Positions 9,765 through 18,587 of a stretch of DNA of 64,000 bases are shown here, piece by piece. The DNA is from Alphaproteobacteria bacterium (lineage in GTDB: Bacteria > Pseudomonadota > Alphaproteobacteria > Micropepsales > Micropepsaceae): contig JANOFM010000298.1 in NCBI GenBank assembly GCA_031413635.1, forward strand, positions 1,107-65,106, given 5' to 3'. The notes beneath the pieces are model-generated. The model saw only the letters and a program-made list of their open reading frames with translations, was not told the DNA's origin and searched no databases. The translations under genes were made by a program, and so were the position numbers. Position 1 is the stretch's first letter. Every line of letters begins with the position of its first letter.

Positions 9765-11279
9765 ATGAACGCAACCGTCATATCGACACTCAAGGCCGTG
9801 GCGGCCGAAACGAACGCGCTGGCCGCCGATGGAGTGCAACGCAGCGACGCGCAAGCGACGAACAGCGCGGCCGTGCGCAAGGACTATGTTGCCCGTGTGC
9901 CGATCTACCCCAAGCTGGTGCATGGCCGGTTCCGTTTGTTAAAGTGGATCGGCTTGGTCGTGATGCTGGGAATCTACTACGGCACGCCTTGGATCCGATG
10001 GGACCGCGGGGCCGGCGCGCCCGATCAGGCCGTGCTCGTCGATCTGGTGCGCGAGCGCTTTTACTTTTTCTGGATCGAGATTTGGCCGCAGGAGATCTAC
10101 TATCTGACCGGCCTGCTGATCGTGGCCTCGCTGCTGCTGTTTCTGGTGACGGCTCTCTTTGGCCGCGTTTGGTGCGGATACGCCTGCCCGCAAACCGTGT
10201 GGACCGATCTCTACATCGTGGTCGAGCGCTTGATCGAAGGTGATCGCAGCGCACGCATCCGGCTCGACAAAGCGCCATGGACGCTCGACAAACTTGGCAG
10301 GAAGTCTGCGAAGCACGCCGCGTGGCTTCTGATCGCGGCGGCGACCGGCGGCGCGTGGATACTCTATTTCCACGATGCGCCCACGCTAGTCGTCAATCTG
10401 TTCAAGGGCACAGCCGATCCGACGGCCTATTTGTTTCTCGGCATCTTGGCGTTCACGACCTATTGGCTGGCGGGCCACATGCGCGAGCAGGTGTGCACTT
10501 ACATGTGCCCGTGGCCGCGCATTCAAGCGGCGTTGATCGACAATGACACGCTGATGGTCACCTATCGCCGCGATCGCGGCGAACCGCGGGGTCCTCACAA
10601 GAAAGGTCAGCCGTGGCAAGGACGCGGCCACTGCATCGACTGCAACCAATGCGTTGCCGCCTGCCCGATGGGGATCGACATTCGCGACGGCGATCAGCTC
10701 GAGTGCATCAATTGCGCACTGTGCATCGACGCCTGCGACGACGTGATGCGACGCGTGAACCTGCCGAGCGGCCTGATTGCCTACGATACGCATCAGAACT
10801 TGGAGCGTCGCCAAAGGGGCGCTAAGCCCGGCATCCGGCTGATCCGCGCGCGTGTGATCGTTTACGCGATGTCGCTGCTTCTTGTTGCCGGCGTCATGGT
10901 GATCGGCCTTACGACGCGCGCGTCGATCGACCTGAACGTCCTTCGCGATCGCAATCCGACCTTCGTGACGCTGTCGGATGGGTCGGTGCGCAATGCTTAC
11001 ACCGTCAAGATTATGAACCGGTCGAATGCGCCGCGTGTCTTTCAACTTTCGGTCGAGGGCCCCGTTGCGTCCGCGGTAAGGATCATCGGCATCGAAGCGA
11101 CCACATTGCCGGCAGCTATTGCGGTTGACGCCGACAGGCTGCGGACCGTCCGGCTGCTGTTGACGGCGCCACCGGCGTCGTTGACTGCCGACTCGCTGCC
11201 GGTGGCGTTTCGCGTGAGCGAAAATGGTGAAATCCGCTCGACGAGCACCGTTTTCTTGTCCGATGGAGGCCCGCGATGA
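9765..11279 (+). CDS. ccoG: cbb3 oxidase accessory 4Fe-4S protein CcoG/FixG
   Basis: Polytopic N-terminus plus two ferredoxin-type Cys clusters (CIDCNQCVAACP, CINCALCIDAC). First ATG is at 9765. Confidence 0.9.
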   Translation: MNATVISTLKAVAAETNALAADGVQRSDAQATNSAAVRKDYVARVPIYPKLVHGRFRLLKWIGLVVMLGIYYGTPWIRWDRGAGAPDQAVLVDLVRERFYFFWIEIWPQEIYYLTGLLIVASLLLFLVTALFGRVWCGYACPQTVWTDLYIVVERLIEGDRSARIRLDKAPWTLDKLGRKSAKHAAWLLIAAATGGAWILYFHDAPTLVVNLFKGTADPTAYLFLGILAFTTYWLAGHMREQVCTYMCPWPRIQAALIDNDTLMVTYRRDRGEPRGPHKKGQPWQGRGHCIDCNQCVAACPMGIDIRDGDQLECINCALCIDACDDVMRRVNLPSGLIAYDTHQNLERRQRGAKPGIRLIRARVIVYAMSLLLVAGVMVIGLTTRASIDLNVLRDRNPTFVTLSDGSVRNAYTVKIMNRSNAPRVFQLSVEGPVASAVRIIGIEATTLPAAIAVDADRLRTVRLLLTAPPASLTADSLPVAFRVSENGEIRSTSTVFLSDGGPR

Positions 11280-11758
11280 CTTTCGAACTCAAGGGTAGGC
11301 ACGTGCTCGGGCTTTTGCTCGCCTTCTTCGGAGTGACGATTGTGGTCAATGCGGTTTTTGCGACGTACGCGGTCTCGACCTTTTCGGGCGAGGACGTGAG
11401 CAGACCTTATCTGCGAGGTCTCGACTACAACACGACGATTGCCGAACGAGCGGCGCAGAAAGGACTGGGTTGGTCGGCCGAAATCGGTGCATCTCGCGGT
11501 GCGGACGCGAATCTCATCGTCTCGCTGCGCGTCGTGGGCGCCGACGGCGCGCCCAGGAACAACCTTAGTGTTGAATTGAAATTGCGCAGGCCGACCGACG
11601 CAAGTCTGGACCGGACATTTGTGATGGACGCCGCCGGGGATGGAACCTATCGCGCTGTCCGGATCGGCGTTTCTCCAGGTCAATGGGACGTAATCGCACG
11701 CGCAACCTCTGCCAACGGCGATGTGTTCGAGGCGCAGCGCAGGGTGGTGCTCCCGTGA
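11276..11758 (+). CDS. ccoH: FixH/CcoH family cbb3 oxidase assembly protein
   Basis: ATGA overlap with the ccoG stop, a single N-terminal TM, and position between ccoG and ccoI. Confidence 0.85.
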   Translation: MTFELKGRHVLGLLLAFFGVTIVVNAVFATYAVSTFSGEDVSRPYLRGLDYNTTIAERAAQKGLGWSAEIGASRGADANLIVSLRVVGADGAPRNNLSVELKLRRPTDASLDRTFVMDAAGDGTYRAVRIGVSPGQWDVIARATSANGDVFEAQRRVVLP

Positions 11759-13941
11759 CGGCGGCGACGTTCACTCAAGCCTTGGATATCGACCCGGCGC
11801 CGTTCGTCCGCCGCGATGCGAGGGGCGTGTCGCGCCTCGAACTCGCCGTCAAAGGCATGCGCTGCGCGGGCTGCATGGCGAAAATCGAACGCGGCGTGGC
11901 GGCGCTGCCGGGCGTCGAAGACGCGCACGTGAATTTGTCGACCGCAAAGCTCAGCGTGCGATGGAGCGAAGGCAGAACGACCGCAAGCGCGATTGTGGCG
12001 CGCGTCAATGAGCTCGGCTTTCAGGCGTTCCCCTACGACCCGAACTCATTGATCCGGCATGACGAGGAGGAAGGGCGCTTTCTCTTGCGCTGTCTTGCCG
12101 TCGCCGGATTTGCCGCATCGAACGTGATGTTCCTGTCGATCAGCATTTGGTCGGATCTCGACGGCGAGATGGGCGAGGGCACACGCGCGCTATTGCATTG
12201 GATTTCCGGCTTAATCGCCGTGCCGGCGGCGCTCTATGCGGGACGCCCATTCTTCCGTTCCGCGCTGACGAGCCTTGCCGCGGGGCGCGCCAATATGGAT
12301 GTGCCGATCACGTTGGGCATTCTGCTCGCGCTGGGCTTGAGTATCGTCGAGGCGCTTCAGGGCGGGCGGCACGCTTATTTCGATGCCGCCGTCAGTCTAC
12401 CGTTTTTGTTGCTGATCGGACGCTATCTCGATCATCTGCTCAGGCGCAAAGCCCGTACCACCGCGCTCGATTTGGCCGCGATGCAGACGGTCACGGCGAC
12501 GCGGATCGGGGCGGACGGACGCACCGCGCCGGTCGCCGCGCGCGACATCGCGCCGGGCGACCGGCTGCTGCTGGCCGCGGGCGACCGGACACCGGTCGAT
12601 GTTCTGGTCGAGGCAGGCGAAAGCGAAGTTGACGTTTCTCTCGTAACGGGGGAGAGCGCGCCGGTGCCGATCAAGGGCGGCGAGGTATTGTGCGCCGGTT
12701 CGATCGTACTCGGCCAGCCGCTGACGGTGAGGGCGACGGCGCTCGTGCAGGATTCGCTCGTCGCCGAGATGGCGCGAATGCTTGAGGCGGGCCAGCAATC
12801 GCGCGGGCGCTATGTGCGTTGGGCCGATCGCGCGGCGGCGCTCTACGTACCCACCGTGCACGGGCTCGCGCTCGCCGTGCTGGTCGGAGGTCTCATCGCC
12901 GGTCAAGATATCGGCATTGCACTGACGAACGCGATCGCGCTTCTCATCATTACTTGCCCGTGTGCATTGGGCCTTGCGGTGCCCGCAGTCCAGATCGTTG
13001 CGACGAGCCGCCTGTTTCGCGCCGGCCTTCTGGTCAAATCCGGCGACGCATTGGAACGGCTCGCGGAGGCCGACACGGTGGTCTTCGACAAGACCGGCAC
13101 GCTGACGTTCGGCCGTCCCGTTTTGACGAACCCGGGCGAGATCGCGGCATCCGACCTTGCGCTGGCGGCTTCGCTTGCGCGCGCCAGCAAGCATCCGCTG
13201 TCGCGAGCGTTGGCTGTGGCGGCGGGGCCGGGCGGAGTGAGTGAGGGGACGCAAGAGACGCCGGGCGAAGGTCTCGAGGCGCGCGTCGTTGGTGTGGTGG
13301 TGAGGCTCGGTCGCGCCGAATGGGTCGGTGCGGCGCACGCACCGAACTCGAACGCAAGTCATCTTTGGTTACGCAAAGACACGCAAGCGCCCATTCGCTT
13401 CGATTTCGAGGACCGGCTGCGCCCGGACGCGGCCGAAGCCGTGGTGGCGCTTCATGCATTGGGACTGAATGTCGAGATGTTGTCGGGTGATCGCGTAGCG
13501 CCGGCGCAACTGATTGCGGGCCAAGCTGGTATCGCGGAATGGCATGCCGCAAACGATCCCAAGCAAAAAGCGGAGTACATGGAGAGGTTGCGCGTGCAAG
13601 GGCGCCGCGTCCTGATGATCGGCGATGGTTTGAACGATGCCGCGGCGTTGGCGCTGGCCCATGTTTCGATGTCGCCGGCCACGGCGGCACACGCCAGTCA
13701 GTCGGCGGCCGACATCGTTATCCAAAGCGAGACGTTGGCGCCCATCGCGGAGGCGGTCGCCGCCGCGCGCGCGGCGCGCAGGCTCGTGTTTCAGAACTTC
13801 GCGTTCGCCGCCGTCTATAATGCGTTTGCCTTGCCATTGGCCGCGTTCGGACAAGTTACGCCGCTGATTGCCGCGGTTGCAATGTCGGCATCGTCGCTGA
13901 TCGTGATGCTGAACGCCTTGCGCCTGTCGCGGAGGGGATGA
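11755..13941 (+). CDS. ccoI: Copper-translocating P1B-type ATPase FixI/CcoI
   Basis: HMA domain (GMRCAGCMAKIE), CPC motif (ITCPCALG), DKTGTLT and GDGLNDAAAL. The GTG at 11755 overlaps the ccoH stop (GTGA) and is preferred over the track start at 11683. Confidence 0.9.
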   Translation: MTAATFTQALDIDPAPFVRRDARGVSRLELAVKGMRCAGCMAKIERGVAALPGVEDAHVNLSTAKLSVRWSEGRTTASAIVARVNELGFQAFPYDPNSLIRHDEEEGRFLLRCLAVAGFAASNVMFLSISIWSDLDGEMGEGTRALLHWISGLIAVPAALYAGRPFFRSALTSLAAGRANMDVPITLGILLALGLSIVEALQGGRHAYFDAAVSLPFLLLIGRYLDHLLRRKARTTALDLAAMQTVTATRIGADGRTAPVAARDIAPGDRLLLAAGDRTPVDVLVEAGESEVDVSLVTGESAPVPIKGGEVLCAGSIVLGQPLTVRATALVQDSLVAEMARMLEAGQQSRGRYVRWADRAAALYVPTVHGLALAVLVGGLIAGQDIGIALTNAIALLIITCPCALGLAVPAVQIVATSRLFRAGLLVKSGDALERLAEADTVVFDKTGTLTFGRPVLTNPGEIAASDLALAASLARASKHPLSRALAVAAGPGGVSEGTQETPGEGLEARVVGVVVRLGRAEWVGAAHAPNSNASHLWLRKDTQAPIRFDFEDRLRPDAAEAVVALHALGLNVEMLSGDRVAPAQLIAGQAGIAEWHAANDPKQKAEYMERLRVQGRRVLMIGDGLNDAAALALAHVSMSPATAAHASQSAADIVIQSETLAPIAEAVAAARAARRLVFQNFAFAAVYNAFALPLAAFGQVTPLIAAVAMSASSLIVMLNALRLSRRG

Positions 13942-13945
13942 AGCG

Positions 13946-14092
13946 ATGGATGCGTTTCTCGTTCTCACCGTGGCCGCGATCGCTTTGGGGGCGCTTGGTG
14001 TCGCGCTGTTCTTCTGGACGCTGAAATCCGGGCAATACGATGATCTGGACGGGGCGGCCGAACGAATCCTGATCGACGACGAGCAGGATTGA
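13946..14092 (+). CDS. ccoS: cbb3 oxidase maturation protein CcoS/FixS (48 aa, not in ORF track)
   Basis: I translated it by hand as MDAFLVLTVAAIALGALGVALFFWTLKSGQYDDLDGAAERILIDDEQD. The TM followed by SGQYDDL...RIL..D pattern is typical of CcoS. It lies directly after ccoI. Confidence 0.8.
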   Translation: MDAFLVLTVAAIALGALGVALFFWTLKSGQYDDLDGAAERILIDDEQD

Positions 14093-14097
14093 GTGGT

Positions 14098-14886
14098 TTA
14101 TCGCTCGACGACGATGTCGCGATAGGCATGCCAGGTGGCGTGTCCCAGCAACGGAAATACGACGACCAAGCCGACGAACAGGGTGGCAATTCCGAATGCG
14201 ACAAACAATGCCACCAGCCACGCCCATAGCAACATCGGGCCCGGAAAGTTGACGACGGCACGAACGCTCGCCGCGATTGCGGTGATCGCATCGACGTCGC
14301 GATGCACCAACATGGGAACCGAGATGGCGCTGATCGCGAACACGGCCAGTGCCAGCACTGTGCCCACGATCGTCCCGACCGAGAGCAAAGTCAGTCCTTC
14401 GGGCGTTGCGAGTGCGAATGTCACGAACCACTCGATCGGCAAATAGCTCCCGTGCGTGAACAACGCATAGAGCAGCGTTGCCACGCGCACCCACACCAGA
14501 AAGACGAACATGAGTAAGAAAGCGAGCAATCCGAGCTGAACGATGGAGGCCGTTCGAACAAACACGATGCCGCCAACGTCGAGCGGTTCACCGGCGTCGT
14601 GCCGTCGGCTAATTTCGTAGAGACCGACCGCGAATATGGGACCCAATAGAGCAAAGCCCGCGGCGATCGCCGGCACAATCGACTCCAGACCCAGCCACCA
14701 AAGTCCAAAGGTTCCCAAAAGACCTACCGCAACGAAGACCAATCCGTACGCTAGGCTGTAAGCGGGCGCGCGCCACAAATCGCTCCAACCGAGCGCGAGC
14801 CACCGCCAAGGCCCTTCCATCGTCGGATCGCGCAAGGCAAATTCCAACGGTGCCCCGGTAGCCGCTGTTGTGTCGGAGTCGGTCAT
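14098..14886 (-). CDS. DUF2189-type polytopic membrane protein
   Basis: 262 aa with about 6 TM segments. The sequence pattern (GWSDLWRAP...GLYEISRR) matches my recollection of the DUF2189/COG5473 family. It converges on ccoS. Confidence 0.7.
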   Translation of the reverse strand: MTDSDTTAATGAPLEFALRDPTMEGPWRWLALGWSDLWRAPAYSLAYGLVFVAVGLLGTFGLWWLGLESIVPAIAAGFALLGPIFAVGLYEISRRHDAGEPLDVGGIVFVRTASIVQLGLLAFLLMFVFLVWVRVATLLYALFTHGSYLPIEWFVTFALATPEGLTLLSVGTIVGTVLALAVFAISAISVPMLVHRDVDAITAIAASVRAVVNFPGPMLLWAWLVALFVAFGIATLFVGLVVVFPLLGHATWHAYRDIVVER

Positions 14887-14962
14887 GGTTGAAAGACCTT
14901 AAGAACCGGGTGATCCGTGAAGTGGTCCCAGTGTACGTAACCAAACCGGTTCCACCAACACG

Positions 14963-14976
14963 TTGATTCAAATCAA
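14963..14976. promoter_or_regulatory. FNR/FixK-type box TTGATTCAAATCAA upstream of the DUF2189 gene
   Basis: The 14-mer is identical to the box at 4464..4477. Its proximal edge is 77 nt from the ATG at 14886. Confidence 0.65.
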
Positions 14977-15169
14977 GTGTCGCGGAACCCAATCGGCTCG
15001 AGCGGGCATGAGCGCATGAGAGGGTACATAAGGGACATTTCGATTGCGCCCCTCCGTGCAACTTCGGCGCCCGCAAGGAGACGGCAAATGCGTGTGCGCT
15101 GTGTGTGCAGTCGGAAGCGGGTGAGGGCAGGGCCCGCGCAGGATCGAACTTGCCTTTCCGCCGCAACTG

Positions 15170-16240
15170 TTGTCTGGCTCTGGCGGAATTTTCAGGCGAT
15201 CCATCAAAGCGTTGGACCGACTGAGGTGCAGAATACTTAACGGAATCAAAGCCTTGCAGCACCGATTCAGCGTGGCCCCGATGATGGAATGGACCGACCG
15301 GCATTGCCGATTTTTCCATCGCATCCTCACGCGCCGCGCGCGCCTTTATACTGAGATGGTGACGGCGCCCGCGCTCATCCACGGGCCGCGTGCGCGTTTG
15401 ATCGGCTTTGACCCGGCCGAGCACCCCGTCGCGCTGCAACTCGGCGGCAGTGAGGCCAAGGCGCTTGCTGAGTGTGCACGCCTGGGAGAGGCGGAAGGCT
15501 ACGACGAGATCAACCTTAACATCGGCTGCCCCTCGGTGCGCGTTCAGCGCGGCGCCTTCGGTGCTTGCCTCATGCGCGAACCGTCCTTGGTCGGGGATTG
15601 CGTCGCCGCGATGCGTGCGGCCGTGCGCGTGCCCGTCACAGTTAAATGCCGTATCGGCGTCGACGATTGCGATCCGGGGCAATCGCTGTTCGGCTTCGTC
15701 GAAACCGTGTCGCGCGCGGGCTGCGAGACGTTCATCGTCCATGCACGCAAGGCCTGGCTCAAGGGATTGTCGGCGAAAGAAAACCGCGAAGTGCCGCCGC
15801 TCGACTATGAACTCGTCTATGCTTTAAAGCGCGCCCGTCCCGATCTCACCATCGCTATCAACGGCGGCATCACGACGCTCGACGACACGCAGGCGCATCT
15901 GGCCCAAGTCGACGGCGTGATGATGGGGCGCGCCGCCTATCAAACGCCGTGGGTGCTCGCCGAAGTGGACCGGCGGCTATTCGGCGCCAATCACGCCGCC
16001 GCTTCGCGCTTTGAGATCGTGGAAGCGTTCATGCCGTATCTCGCACGCGAACTGGCGAACGGCGTGCCGTTGAACGTGATGACGATGCACATTCTGGGCC
16101 TCTTCAACGGCCTTCCCGGCGCGCGCGCGTTTCGCCGCCACTTGAGCGAGAACGCGATCAAGCGCGGTGCCGGCCTCGATGTCGTGCGCGCCGCGCTCGA
16201 CCATGTGCGTGCCGCCCCGGCCGAGCGCGCCGCCGCGTGA
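15170..16240 (+). CDS. dusA: tRNA dihydrouridine(20/20a) synthase DusA
   Basis: FSVAPMMEWTDRHCRFFHR N-terminal signature and a TIM-barrel Dus pattern. The exact start is uncertain. Confidence 0.85.
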   Translation: MSGSGGIFRRSIKALDRLRCRILNGIKALQHRFSVAPMMEWTDRHCRFFHRILTRRARLYTEMVTAPALIHGPRARLIGFDPAEHPVALQLGGSEAKALAECARLGEAEGYDEINLNIGCPSVRVQRGAFGACLMREPSLVGDCVAAMRAAVRVPVTVKCRIGVDDCDPGQSLFGFVETVSRAGCETFIVHARKAWLKGLSAKENREVPPLDYELVYALKRARPDLTIAINGGITTLDDTQAHLAQVDGVMMGRAAYQTPWVLAEVDRRLFGANHAAASRFEIVEAFMPYLARELANGVPLNVMTMHILGLFNGLPGARAFRRHLSENAIKRGAGLDVVRAALDHVRAAPAERAAA

Positions 16241-17079
16241 GCGTGGAGACCATTGCGCAAATCCCCATCGGCGAATTGCTGGCGCTCGCCGTCGGCCTGG
16301 CGGTGGCCGGTCTCATCGCCGGAACGGTGGCAGGCTTACTCGGGGTCGGCGGCGGCATCGTGCTCGTGCCGGTGCTCTATCAAACGCTGGTGTTCCTCGG
16401 TGTCGATGAAGCGGTTCGCATGCCGCTCGCCGTCGGTACCTCGCTCGCCACCATCATCCCGACCTCGATCCGTTCGACCTTGAGCCATCACGCCAAGGGC
16501 GCTGTCGATTGGACGATGTTGAAGGCGTGGGCCGCACCCACCGTGGCCGGCGTCCTCGCCGGAACGTGGATCGCCGCGCTCGTCGGCGGCAAGGGCCTCA
16601 TGGCCGTGTTCGCTGCCGGCGCCGGCACGCTCGGCCTCTTCATGGTGTTGGGACGCGAAAAGTGGCGCCTCGGTGACACGGTGCCCGGCGGGATTGGGAG
16701 CTGGCTGCTCGGACTGGCAAACGGATGCCTGTCGGTGATGATGGGTATCGGCGGCGGAACTTTCGGCGTCACCGTGATGACGCTGTACGGCATCACGATC
16801 CATCGCGCCGTCGCAACCGCTTCAGGCTTCGGCCTGATCATCGCCTTGCCCGGCACGATCGGCATGATGGTCAACGGTTGGAACGTGGCCGGGCTGCCGC
16901 CGCTGTCGCTGGGCTACGTCAATCTCGTCGGTCTGGCGCTGATCGTACCCGCAACGATCCTCGCGGCACCTTGGGGCGTCGCCATCGCCCATCGCCTCTC
17001 CCGCAAAACGTTGCGCATGGCGTTCGGCCTCTTCCTGTGCGCGACCGCGGCCCGCATGGCTGCGGCCTATTGGGGGTGA
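16237..17079 (+). CDS. TauE/SafE (DUF81) family anion exporter-like membrane protein
   Basis: GTG start overlaps the dusA stop. The protein is Gly-rich and polytopic, with a duplicated 4-TM pattern typical of TauE/SafE. Confidence 0.8.
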   Translation: MSVETIAQIPIGELLALAVGLAVAGLIAGTVAGLLGVGGGIVLVPVLYQTLVFLGVDEAVRMPLAVGTSLATIIPTSIRSTLSHHAKGAVDWTMLKAWAAPTVAGVLAGTWIAALVGGKGLMAVFAAGAGTLGLFMVLGREKWRLGDTVPGGIGSWLLGLANGCLSVMMGIGGGTFGVTVMTLYGITIHRAVATASGFGLIIALPGTIGMMVNGWNVAGLPPLSLGYVNLVGLALIVPATILAAPWGVAIAHRLSRKTLRMAFGLFLCATAARMAAAYWG

Positions 17080-17195
17080 GGGCCTTCTTGCCGCCCAGAG
17101 CGTACTCGCCCGTGGCCCTCGGCAACCTCGCCTCCGAATAGTGTTCGGCAAAGACCGTCAGCCAGTTTTGCGCAAGCGTTCACAATACGTTGTTT

Positions 17196-17254
17196 ACTGT
17201 TGCGCGACATCGAGCGTGCAACAGTGCGATTTGAAGTGTATATGCATTTCAAAT
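17196..17254. promoter_or_regulatory. Two inverted repeats in front of the MarR gene (candidate operators)
   Basis: ACTGTTGC-N14-GCAACAGT at 17196..17225, and ATTTGAA-N12-TTCAAAT at 17229..17254. The second overlaps the first ATG of the MarR ORF. Confidence 0.4.
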
Positions 17255-17732
17255 GTCGGAGCAAAACATGGCAACGTTGGTTCAAGGCGTCGATTTGGCG
17301 GGGACGGCGTCCTGCGCGGCGTTCAATCTGCGCAAGACCGCCCGAGTGGTGACGCAGCAGTACGACGAGGCCTTGCGTAAGGCCGGCCTGCGTTCCACCC
17401 AGTTCACCATTCTGATCGCGATCGCGAAGTCTCCGCATGCATCCGTGAGGTCGCTCGCCGAATTGACCTTGATGGATGCCACCACCATGACGCGCAATTT
17501 ACGGCTGCTGGCGGCCGACGGTCTGGTCGAGGTGCCGGCGCGCGGCACTCGACGTGAAAAGCGCGTGCGCCTGACGAAAACGGGTGAGCGTGCATTGGCG
17601 CGCGCGACGCCGCTATGGCGCGCGGCGCAGGCGCGCTTCGTATCCGCGTTCGGCGAGCGGCGCTGGTCGCAAATGCGGCGCGAACTCGATCAAGTGGCCA
17701 CCCTCGTTCATCAAGATCAGCAGTCGGTTTAG
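17253..17732 (+). CDS. MarR family transcriptional regulator
   Basis: Winged-helix MarR pattern (LRSTQFTILIAI...SLAELTLMDATTMTRNLRLL...GLV). An alternative start exists at 17268. Confidence 0.85.
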   Translation: MSEQNMATLVQGVDLAGTASCAAFNLRKTARVVTQQYDEALRKAGLRSTQFTILIAIAKSPHASVRSLAELTLMDATTMTRNLRLLAADGLVEVPARGTRREKRVRLTKTGERALARATPLWRAAQARFVSAFGERRWSQMRRELDQVATLVHQDQQSV

Positions 17733-17748
17733 GCAAGGACGAAACCCG

Positions 17749-18129
17749 ATGTCCAAATTCATGTTCGTTTTCCGCGGCGGTCCGATCATGCCCCAGCGCC
17801 TGTCGCCCCAGGAACTGCAATTGCACCTGCGCAAATGGAGCGATTGGGTGGGCGTTCTGGCGCGCGAGGGACACCATCTCGGCGGCAGTCCGCTCGAAAA
17901 CCAGGGGCGCACGATCCAGGGCCCCGCGCGCACCGTGTTCGATGGACCGCAAGCGGGCATGAGGGACGTGATCACCGGCAATGTGATCGTCGAAGCCTCG
18001 TCGCTCGATGCGGCGACCGAACTCGCCAGGGCCTGCCCGGTGTTCGAGATCAACGGCTCGGTCGAGGTGTGGCCATTGCCGGCCGAAGCGATGGCGCAAC
18101 CGATGACGCGGGCAAGTGCCGCGGAGTAG
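17749..18129 (+). CDS. YciI/DGPF-like family protein
   Basis: ATG at 17749 is in frame with ORF 17584..18129. The MSKFMFVFRGG N-terminus and roughly 125-aa size are typical of YCII-related proteins paired with MarR genes. Confidence 0.7.
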   Translation: MSKFMFVFRGGPIMPQRLSPQELQLHLRKWSDWVGVLAREGHHLGGSPLENQGRTIQGPARTVFDGPQAGMRDVITGNVIVEASSLDAATELARACPVFEINGSVEVWPLPAEAMAQPMTRASAAE

Positions 18130-18137
18130 GGAGCAGT

Positions 18138-18581
18138 TCAGTCGCGGGCTAAGTACGCCAGCACGTAGCCGGCTGCAGTTCCAAGGCATAGCGGCGAGTA
18201 GAAAATAACGTTGAGCTGCGCGAATGGGGTTCCATCGGCATAGCTAAATATTCCAGGCAGAAATCCAGCGATGCCGCGAAGCGCAAATACGCCGCACGAA
18301 ATCCAAAACCCGAGCGTAACGATCTGCCGGCTCCAGGGAATGTCGGGCATGGGGAACACGCCGCACGCGAATGCGACCAACGCAGCCGAGGCCATCAAAG
18401 CGGTGGCGACAAACATGCATGCCCAAAAGCCCGGCGCCTTCATGCCCGCCGTACGCCCGACGACCGTCTCCACCAAGGTTTGATCGTCATGCCCCGGCCA
18501 TCGTCCGCCCAGTCCCCAATACGAATGCAGGGCCGCAAGCGCGATGAGTAGTGAAATGACGATCAGGGCGCAAAAGTTCAT
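18138..18581 (-). CDS. DUF3995-like small membrane protein
   Basis: 4-TM, 147-aa protein carrying the LHSYWGLGG motif that I associate with DUF3995. Confidence 0.6.
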   Translation of the reverse strand: MNFCALIVISLLIALAALHSYWGLGGRWPGHDDQTLVETVVGRTAGMKAPGFWACMFVATALMASAALVAFACGVFPMPDIPWSRQIVTLGFWISCGVFALRGIAGFLPGIFSYADGTPFAQLNVIFYSPLCLGTAAGYVLAYLARD

Positions 18582-18587
18582 CTCGTG

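Noticed and set aside
8790-9923. A 377-aa minus-strand ORF across ccoP. The same applies to the long ORFs at 14609-15742(-), 24891-26024(-), 33111-34592(-), 45956-47263(-) and 19338-20390(+).
   Set aside because: Each is antisense to, or out of frame with, a gene that has unambiguous catalytic motifs (ccoP, dusA, the DUF3631-like gene, ACAD, hppA, phosphomannomutase). All have the Arg-rich artefact composition.
14887-15169. A DusA-associated integrative element. The 5' end of dusA is a known integration hotspot.
   Set aside because: There is no integrase, no extra DNA and no duplicated dusA 5' segment. The spacer is only 284 bp and holds the FNR box for the neighbouring gene.
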